Shown here piece by piece: positions 52,601 through 58,044 of a DNA stretch of 58,044 bases. The position numbers and the translations under genes are program-made. The notes beneath the pieces are model-generated. The model made no database searches. It saw nothing but the letters and a program-made list of their open reading frames with translations, and was not told the origin of the DNA. The stretch comes from Phoronis australis (taxonomy: Eukaryota > Animalia > Phoronida). Each line of letters begins with the position of its first letter. Position 1 is the first letter of the stretch. The stretch spans positions 1 to 58,044 of the forward strand of contig NMRA01000744.1 in NCBI GenBank assembly GCA_002633005.1, given 5' to 3'.

Positions 52601-54845
52601 GGATTTTGGAATGTGTATATGTGAATTTTGTGATTTCCATAAAGTTTGAATTTTCTGTTGTGGAGAACACTGTACATCCTACCAATATCTCGCACTACGT
52701 TTTTTTTATAAATTTCACAATACACAAATTTTTACAAACAGCCCATTTTTGTATCACTCCAATCTCGGCCTTACTGTTGAGCTTTCTTCAAAGGCAATAA
52801 ATCTGAGCGGACAGGTTTCAGAACAAGTTCATGCGCCAAAGAACATAACTTTTAATTTGAGATTTCTCAATGAAACCCCACCTATTATCACAAGAACTAA
52901 TTGACGCGTGGTTTCATTTCAATTAAATGATCTTGAGAGAAAAACAGCAGCGCCATAGACCTCAACACCTTGCTTTGAAAATAAATTTGACACCCATACC
53001 CAATACCCCAGTAATTCGAAATATTGGATTTTTAAGCACAATCTCTTCTAAGCCAGGGACATACTCTTACCTTGGATTGTATAGCATCCAGATCTCGCTC
53101 CATACCCGTCAGGCGGCGCTGCAGAGCCATGACACCAGAAAGATCGTTGCCAAGTTCGTCAGTGGACTCTATCAGTTTGGCCTTGTCACGGATCCAAGTC
53201 TGAAACAAGCGAAGGAACAGAATGAATTGAAACATTACAATAAAGTATCATCCAGTGGTGGAACCATTAACACATGTGCCAAAACCATTGAATGCAATGG
53301 TTTTTGATACTGAAAAACATGACAGCAAAAGCATGAAATTCTTACCAACAGGGGGCGTATGCACACCAGAAAGAAAGGGCCTAAGGTCTACTTCTTATCT
53401 ATGAATTGGACTTTATTCCTGAGTATCTGTGGTTAACATCATGTCAGTAACCACCAGCTACGCACTACCCTCGTAATAAACATTACCACGTACCATGGTC
53501 TCCGTGACCTCAATGTAGAAGTTCTGTATGCCGTGTGCAGTACGCAGCGAGGCCCTCTTGGCGGCCATGATGGCCCTCAGTCTTTCCCACCTCTCGTTCA
53601 GCTGGGTCTTCCTCGCCACGATCTCGTCCGAGTTTGGGTGAGCGTTGTTGACCAGCTGTTCAGCCAGTTGGTTGACCTCGTCCACTGTGGAGGCGTTGAT
53701 CTCAGTCTCATGCTCCAGGCCTTCAAAGCGGTGCTTAAGGATCTCAAGCTCATCAATGTCGCCGATGGGTTCCATCTGGTCCAGGAACTTCTCCTGCACA
53801 CAAGAACAATCAATATTTATTTTTAAATTTGCCAGTGTATGGACAGAATTGACATAACTTAATAAACAACGGGCAATTCTAAAGTTATTTCAAATAAAAT
53901 CATAATAAATCCTTTAGTTGACTTCCAAGTTTAGAAGTATGAAACGGAGAAACATGCAGTGCGTTCTTAAACTATAAGAAACAATAAGACAAAGTTTCAA
54001 AATGATTCAGCTAAGAATGTTCAACATATGCCCTTAATGAAGTTTAAGAACAAATACACTAAAAACTGCACGCTAAAACATATATCCTTAGCAGTGAGAA
54101 GCTTGAAGTATCCTAATTTATAATCACGTTTTCAACCAAAAATAGCACAGCTAAAATCCAAGACACAATATAACCTCTCAAAGCTGCTCACAACAGCCAC
54201 TACAAAATCCTTTACCTTCTCATCGATCCAGGCCTCAACATCATCAGCTTTGTTGTACAGCTTGTAGAGAGCAAGAGCATCCAACAGTCTCTGTTGGCGC
54301 TGCTCCCCAAGGTCCAACAGTTCCTGGTAGCGACGGTCGATGGTGCCCAGACGGCCGAGCACTTCAGGGGACTCACGGTCCTGTACGGGAAGAGACCAGT
54401 ATTACACAAGGCCACCAACGAGGATGCAATATCCAGTTTTGGATAACCACATTATTGCGCCCCATGGAATTTTACCTGTTCAGTAATGTGATACAATGTC
54501 AACATTTTGCTGTTGCACAATCCAGTGTCAATTTTTTTGGTAAATGGTGTACTTGAACAAAACCCTAGCTGGCAGTTGCAGAACTTTTCAAATTGCTCTG
54601 TCAACAATCACAACTGACAACTACAAAAATAGGCTGGAAAAGGATGATGTATATAATTATGACATTGAAATATTGACTTTGACAATTACAGCACATTCCA
54701 TTGCATACAAACAAGACACAAAGGCAGCTAGGAGACAAGTTTTAATACACAGGGTACCTTAACTTACCTGTTCACCAAGGTTCTGAGCCTGTTCATGAAG
54801 AGCGTCAATTACCTGCTTGTAGTTTTTCAACTCATCCGTCACATC
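25621..54845 (-). CDS. SPTBN1: Beta-spectrin (non-erythroid type), 5'-partial; 29 exons from spectrin repeat 5 to the PH domain and stop, about 1610 aa visible
   Basis: Continuous phase-consistent exon chain closely matching beta-spectrin, e.g. [75 protein letters not shown] motif RKHEWE...W...YCVL...FYKD. Confidence 0.97.
26878..27024 (-). CDS. SPTBN1: beta-spectrin PH exon 3 ([14 protein letters not shown]...LQCKDD)
   Basis: [11 protein letters not shown]...[11 protein letters not shown]. Confidence 0.94.
27007..27114. repeat. Perfect 50-bp tandem duplication across a splice acceptor
   Basis: GTAGTGTGTGTTAGGATCCTGCACAACAAGGGGAGACAATTATAAACACA twice plus 8 nt. Confidence 0.95.
27464..27539 (-). 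CDS. SPTBN1: beta-spectrin PH exon 2 ([25 protein letters not shown])
   Basis: W-x3-YCV...FYKD signature. Confidence 0.93.
28140..28647 (+). mobile_element. 5'-truncated non-LTR retrotransposon (CR1/L2-like) 3' end
   Basis: ORF end [14 protein letters not shown] resembles the conserved ORF2 C-terminal motif SFFxRxxxxWNxLP; T-rich 3'UTR, AATAAA and (ATT)n tail. Start is approximate. Confidence 0.75.
28649..28751 (-). CDS. SPTBN1: beta-spectrin PH exon 1 (ERPSPE...[21 protein letters not shown])
   Basis: RKHEWE signature; ttgcag/gtaata. Confidence 0.93.
29444..29563 (-). CDS. SPTBN1: beta-spectrin basic/RS-like linker exon ([28 protein letters not shown]...)
   Basis: gacag/gtaggc, 120 nt, phase 1-1. 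Confidence 0.78.
30155..30492. mobile_element. Degenerate hAT-like MITE
   Basis: TAGGGGCGGGACGAT ... ATCGTCACACCCTTA imperfect TIRs with internal CGATT-type subterminal motifs; TSD not recognisable. Confidence 0.5.
31162..31236 (-). CDS. SPTBN1: beta-spectrin linker exon ([25 protein letters not shown])
   Basis: tctcag/gtaagt, 75 nt, phase 1-1. Confidence 0.8.
33388..33518 (-). CDS. SPTBN1: beta-spectrin Glu-rich linker exon ([10 protein letters not shown]...TVEE)
   Basis: tgcag/gtactg, phase 2-1, continues the frame. Confidence 0.85.
33902..34032 (-). CDS. SPTBN1: beta-spectrin exon ([19 protein letters not shown]...EEE)
   Basis: tttcag/gtaagt, FELxE motif, phase 0-2. Confidence 0.88.
34978..35279. 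mobile_element. ~300-bp MITE, PIF/Harbinger-like
   Basis: Perfect inverted termini GGGACGGAAAGTG ... CACTTTCCGTCCC flanked by ATA/TTA. Confidence 0.65.
35617..35820 (-). CDS. SPTBN1: Putative alternative Ser-rich terminal exon giving a PH-less beta-spectrin (LEMSQKSSE...SVNHVS*)
   Basis: ttctctttag acceptor immediately before a 67-codon open frame in phase 0. Confidence 0.55.
   Translation of the reverse strand: MEMSQKSSELEFTKMSAEDSRPSSHADSSASDLSIHKLQAKYMDVFRPFDSSRESLPQSELSVNHVS
36624..36758 (-). CDS. SPTBN1: Putative alternative beta-spectrin exon ([14 protein letters not shown]...GREPTE)
   Basis: aag acceptor, GAG|gtgact donor, phase 0-0; starts with the LELxE motif that follows LERLTT. 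Confidence 0.7.
37253..37449 (-). CDS. SPTBN1: beta-spectrin exon ([11 protein letters not shown]...LERLTT; partial repeat 17, tetramerisation site)
   Basis: 197 nt, homology. Confidence 0.96.
38365..38449 (-). CDS. SPTBN1: beta-spectrin exon ([28 protein letters not shown])
   Basis: 85 nt, ctctag/gtgagt, matches IKEKLLQL...WEDRWEWLRL. Confidence 0.93.
38874..39012 (-). CDS. SPTBN1: beta-spectrin exon (DVSGVELL...YRSDE)
   Basis: 139 nt, homology. Confidence 0.95.
39291..39463 (-). CDS. SPTBN1: beta-spectrin exon (DREMEVV...QEKPR)
   Basis: 173 nt, homology. Confidence 0.95.
40174..40356 (-). CDS. SPTBN1: beta-spectrin exon ([11 protein letters not shown]...REIK)
   Basis: 183 nt, homology. 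Confidence 0.95.
40620..40883 (-). CDS. SPTBN1: beta-spectrin exon (MLRDRFKEF...LERIL)
   Basis: 264 nt, homology. Confidence 0.96.
41099..41303 (-). CDS. SPTBN1: beta-spectrin exon (DQIAKRQ...GQDYEHVT)
   Basis: 205 nt, [31 protein letters not shown]. Confidence 0.95.
42121..42329 (-). CDS. SPTBN1: beta-spectrin exon ([12 protein letters not shown]...NHPD)
   Basis: 209 nt, homology (ankyrin-binding repeat region). Confidence 0.95.
42943..43143 (-). CDS. SPTBN1: beta-spectrin exon ([11 protein letters not shown]...VAQQ)
   Basis: 201 nt, homology. Confidence 0.94.
43692..43878 (-). CDS. SPTBN1: beta-spectrin exon (LAQLRAPIE...LQKKNQ)
   Basis: 187 nt, [21 protein letters not shown]. Confidence 0.94.
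44195..44325 (-). CDS. SPTBN1: beta-spectrin exon (VMEKEIEIK...VVQER)
   Basis: 131 nt, aag acceptor, gtgggt donor. Confidence 0.9.
44984..45247 (-). CDS. SPTBN1: beta-spectrin exon ([10 protein letters not shown]...MQKQS)
   Basis: 264 nt, homology. Confidence 0.94.
45570..45716 (-). CDS. SPTBN1: beta-spectrin exon (LEEWVEEK...DKLMQ)
   Basis: 147 nt, [20 protein letters not shown]. Confidence 0.94.
46043..46096. repeat. 25-bp tandem duplication across a splice donor
   Basis: ATCCAGTACAGTCCC(A/G)CCCACTTAC twice plus ATCC. Confidence 0.9.
46093..46356 (-). CDS. SPTBN1: beta-spectrin exon (NNLEAAENA...TDCED)
   Basis: 264 nt, [15 protein letters not shown]. Confidence 0.94.
46340..46441. repeat. 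45-bp direct repeat (57-bp period) across a splice acceptor
   Basis: GCTGCCTCAAGGTTATTCTATTGGAAGAGG..AAAACAGCAGTAG at 46340 and 46397. Confidence 0.92.
48290..48457 (-). CDS. SPTBN1: beta-spectrin exon (RLKGLDDGW...EDVP)
   Basis: 168 nt, homology. Confidence 0.95.
48944..49219 (-). CDS. SPTBN1: beta-spectrin exon ([11 protein letters not shown]...YLFLAQ)
   Basis: 276 nt, homology. Confidence 0.95.
49958..50074 (-). CDS. SPTBN1: beta-spectrin exon ([16 protein letters not shown]...WENLKGM)
   Basis: ttgcag/gtaagt, 117 nt. Confidence 0.93.
52297..52380 (-). CDS. SPTBN1: Putative alternative terminal beta-spectrin exon ([27 protein letters not shown])
   Basis: tttcag acceptor, phase 0; start paralogous to the constitutive exon [11 protein letters not shown]; in-frame TAG. 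Confidence 0.65.
   Translation of the reverse strand, partial: LDFLKDEANKYESSTFQVPSETQEVFT
53071..53199 (-). CDS. SPTBN1: beta-spectrin exon (TWIRDKAK...IQSK)
   Basis: 129 nt, near-identical to vertebrate repeat 7. Confidence 0.95.
53494..53793 (-). CDS. SPTBN1: beta-spectrin exon (EKFLDQME...VTETM)
   Basis: 300 nt, spectrin repeat homology. Confidence 0.95.
54216..54380 (-). CDS. SPTBN1: beta-spectrin exon (DRESPEV...AWIDEK)
   Basis: 165 nt, spectrin repeat homology. Confidence 0.94.
54768..54845 (-). CDS. SPTBN1: beta-spectrin exon ([26 protein letters not shown])
   Basis: tacag/gtaagt, homologous to DVAEEIANYRPTLDTLHEQA. Confidence 0.92.
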
Positions 54846-54846
54846 C

Positions 54847-55068
54847 TGTAATGGTAGTACACACATGGTGATTGGTCAGGCTCAACTATCTTGTACTGGT
54901 AGTACGGACATGGTTATTGACCAGGTTAAACTATCTCATACTGGTGGTACGGGCATGGTTATTGGTCAGGATCAGTCATCTTGTACTGGTAGTGCCGACG
55001 TGATTGATCAGGCTCAACCATCTTGTACTGGTAGTATGGAAGTTGTAATTGGTCAGGCTCAACTATCT
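54847..55068. repeat. Minisatellite, five units of ~45 bp abutting a beta-spectrin acceptor
   Basis: Consensus TGTACTGGTAGTACGGACATGGTTATTGGTCAGGCTCAACTATCT; one unit is 42 bp. Confidence 0.9.
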
Positions 55069-55787
55069 TGGGAGTAAACACTAGAGGTGGGTGGAGGGAA
55101 ATGTCTGCATGAAATGTAATGGCCAATGAAAAACCGGCTTTGCCCAACCTTGCTATAGACTTTACAAAGCGACGCGTTAAGCTAGATAACATTTCTGTAT
55201 TTTACATGCTGGCATGCAACAGTGCACGTTTTACCTTCCTCAAATCTATTATATATTATGTATAACCAAAAAGAAACTTAAAGGAAAAATGATACTGTAT
55301 TTATATGAAAAATCAAGTCTCACTTATAACACGACATGGGTGTAAAAACTAGAGACCCAGCTTTATAGGGTCCTGGAAAAAATCCTCATCTGACATGCTA
55401 GTTTCAAAGAACAAGCGAAACGCGAAGACCGAAGCCCAGGCACAAATCTCCGACTCGACTCGTGTTAAAATTTAACCGGTCATGCCGCACGATTACAGTA
55501 CAAACTTAGTTTACTCGAAATGTGTCATGCAATTTTCAAGTCGAGTTCCAAGTACAGAGGTTAGAAATCTGCCCCCAGAATTCCAAAAGTGCACAAAGAC
55601 ACCAGAGTGCAGTTCTGCTCATGTACAAAGCACACTTGTCTAGTGATCATGAACTAACACAGAGAGAGTTAAAGCGCATTACCAGGAACTACGTTTGGGT
55701 TTACATACACAAGCAGCAAGCGCTTGGATGCTAAAGAACAACTGTAGAAAATACAATTATCAGTTTAAAAGTCTATCTTACTACATT

Positions 55788-55859
55788 ACTAACTAGCAGG
55801 CTAACTACTTTACCTGGGACTAACTAGCAAGCTAACTACTTTACCTGGGACTTACTAGC
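55788..55859. repeat. 31-bp tandem repeat (2.3 copies)
   Basis: ACTAACTAGCA(G/A)GCTAACTACTTTACCTGGG twice. Confidence 0.85.
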
Positions 55860-57986
55860 TACTGACTAAGTACTAAAACATGATGTAAACTACGTAACAA
55901 TAATACACACGAGACACAGTCAGCACAAGAGAAAAGAAAACAGACAGAAAACTGTTTCTGCGTCATGACAGTCAACTATTCCGGCTGAAAATGATGGGTT
56001 ATGACGCGTCATAGTGGATGTAATCCATTATCACAATCTTCCGAAGCCGCAAAAATTGGTCCATAAATAGCGTAACCAAGCATGTTCACCTAATTTAAAA
56101 AGTATACATGTACAGTGCACTAAGCGGCATGTCAGCAACTTCATTACCGCCGTTCATTGTGTATTGTGCTTTAGATTTTTGATAACACAGAGACAGGCCG
56201 GAAATCTTTACCGTACCTTCTCACTCAAAGTTCCGCGTTTTTTCGATAGCCCTTAGCGGACTTTTTTAAAGCCGGTATAAGACCGACACCTGCGTACAAT
56301 GTGGTAGTTGCACACCTGGTGACTTATTTGTGTACCACACACATAGGGTAAATGTTTGACCTCGTGAAAATTTTAAAGTGGATGTGCACATTGCAAGCGC
56401 AATCACTATCAAAAGTACAGACACATAACTTCACCAGAGCACGGCCGGAAAGAAGTGACACAGAATAAACTTCGGCTTATTTTACTTAACATAAAAACTC
56501 CCTGCATGCTAGCATTCTTATATTGTTCATTGTAAAAATTTCGACATCTTGCATTTGGAAATATGATACAAGTGTGTATAACACTACGTGGAATATGGAT
56601 ATTTTTGCAAACTGCAATTTTTGTATGTGCCTACTGCATCAAAGTACATGCCTAGACCACCAAGCTAGTATTGTAAATAAGTGAACAAGCATCAACATAA
56701 TCAATTACGCGAAATTTAGCCGAAATCAAATTTTCTACATGTGACCTAATCAGTGCATCAGTCGTCTGCATTAGTCATGCCGTGCATCTTTTAAAGATAT
56801 CATGGGTTTTATTTATGATCGGAACTACATGAATAGCCTTCTGGTAAATTACCCAACACGACATACGGCCATGACCATCAATTCTGTTTACATTCAACCA
56901 CTATGACGCGGAAAAACGTGTCACTTTGTCACTTTCCTTTTGACTTGTTGTGTGTAAAAGCAATTTAGTCTTTCAGTACTAAAACAAATAGACAACATAT
57001 CAAAAGCGAAAAATCTACGTCCACTGAGAGAAGCACTTGTGAATTTAATATGTCAAGTAGCTACCAACTATTTAGCAAAGCCCATAACTCAGTGACCAGC
57101 GACCGTAGCAACAGACTAGCAATGCAGTTTTCCAGAGCTTGACGAGACAACCCACTTATAAATTTAACACTTCGGAGTACCACGACCAATTGAATGTTGC
57201 ATTACGTGCGGCGCAAGGGATAACGGGATGTGGCCAACTTCAGCACAATGCAATAGACGGCACGACAGAAAGGAAGAGATAGGTCATGGAGAAATGGTGT
57301 CAGTGACACAGAGAAGCCAGATGACGGAAGACATTGCAGGGACACAACAAACACACGGAGAGACACGAGAAAGTTCGCAGAAGAAAGTGTATCTTACTTG
57401 TCCAGTTTTGTTACTGACAACACAAAATAGCGAACAAAAAGGCAACTGAAGAACGAAACACGCAGTAAATAATGGTGGCATATTTAAATGGAGAGAAATA
57501 AAGCTTAATTACGGCAATTATTCACCTACTTAGCAAGCAATAAGGCAGGAAAGTGATTGTCAAAAATTTCCACAAAAACGAAGATTAGCTTGGTTAACAC
57601 TGCGTAGTTGTAACCCAGAACGATACCTAGTAAAACTCCCATTATTTGCGGCAAGACAATTACCGTTAGAAAAATGCAAAACGACAACTTCGGCAATTTT
57701 TTTTGTACATCATAATTTGAGAATAACTGTACAAATTTTGGATTGGCAAAAGCAAAACGCGTGAAGAAACGAGTACACGGCCCGTAACAAAGAAGTATGA
57801 CGTAAGTTTTATCCCTTATATTACCACTGCGGTTGACAATGCAAGATGACTATCATTTGAGTCTAAGGACTAATTCCAGTTGCCCCTTTGTAGGATTATC
57901 AACACCAGAGAAAATGATTTTATGCTTGTGTGTGTGTTTGTGAAGGCAAGCGTGGTCGCGCTGTGCGAAGCGGACATTACACTCAC

Positions 57987-58028
57987 AGGTGTCGCTGTTT
58001 TTTCGCCCACTAGGTCTGACATGATGGC
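57987..58028 (-). CDS. Candidate internal start or cassette exon in a beta-spectrin intron (AI-MSDLVGEKTATP)
   Basis: ttattttt-AG acceptor, gccatcATG context, CCT|gtgagt donor; 42 nt, phase 0, in frame with exon 54768-54845. Confidence 0.45.
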
Positions 58029-58044
58029 CTAAAAATAACACAAA

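Noticed and set aside
54847-55077. CRISPR-like array or repeat protein (MVIGQAQLSCTGSTD)n
   Set aside because: Eukaryotic intron, head-to-tail units without unique spacers; the ORF is a by-product of a 45-bp unit
56217-56290. Exon-like segment on the minus strand (cag...GAAG|gtacgg)
   Set aside because: Stops in all three frames; could only be non-coding, and there is no further support

Overview
Intron-rich, AT-rich animal (invertebrate-type) genomic DNA; no prokaryotic features. Two convergent conserved genes dominate. On the + strand is a complete CoREST/RCOR corepressor gene (11 coding exons, 514 aa reconstructed by hand; ELM2-SANT1-[C4 GATA-like zinc finger]-coiled coil-SANT2-Pro-rich tail). 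On the - strand are the 3' two thirds of a beta-spectrin gene (29 exons, about 1610 aa visible, from mid spectrin repeat 5 to the PH domain; the 5' end is beyond the window). The beta-spectrin introns hold an apparent set of length-changing exons: a paralogous stop-containing exon inside repeat 7, a candidate internal start/cassette exon, a PH-less alternative C-terminus and stop-generating microexons. The CoREST promoter and first exons occur twice (about 4.3 kb, joined at an N, probably two haplotypes), and the copies differ by a MITE with a 5-bp target-site duplication. At the left end is an unidentified multi-exon minus-strand gene, possibly Cache-domain-like. MITEs, tRNA-derived elements, a LINE 3' end and short duplications spanning splice sites are scattered through the introns and UTRs. 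Exon boundaries were read by eye from GT/AG signals and frame continuity, and homology was recognised from memory. Nothing was searched computationally.
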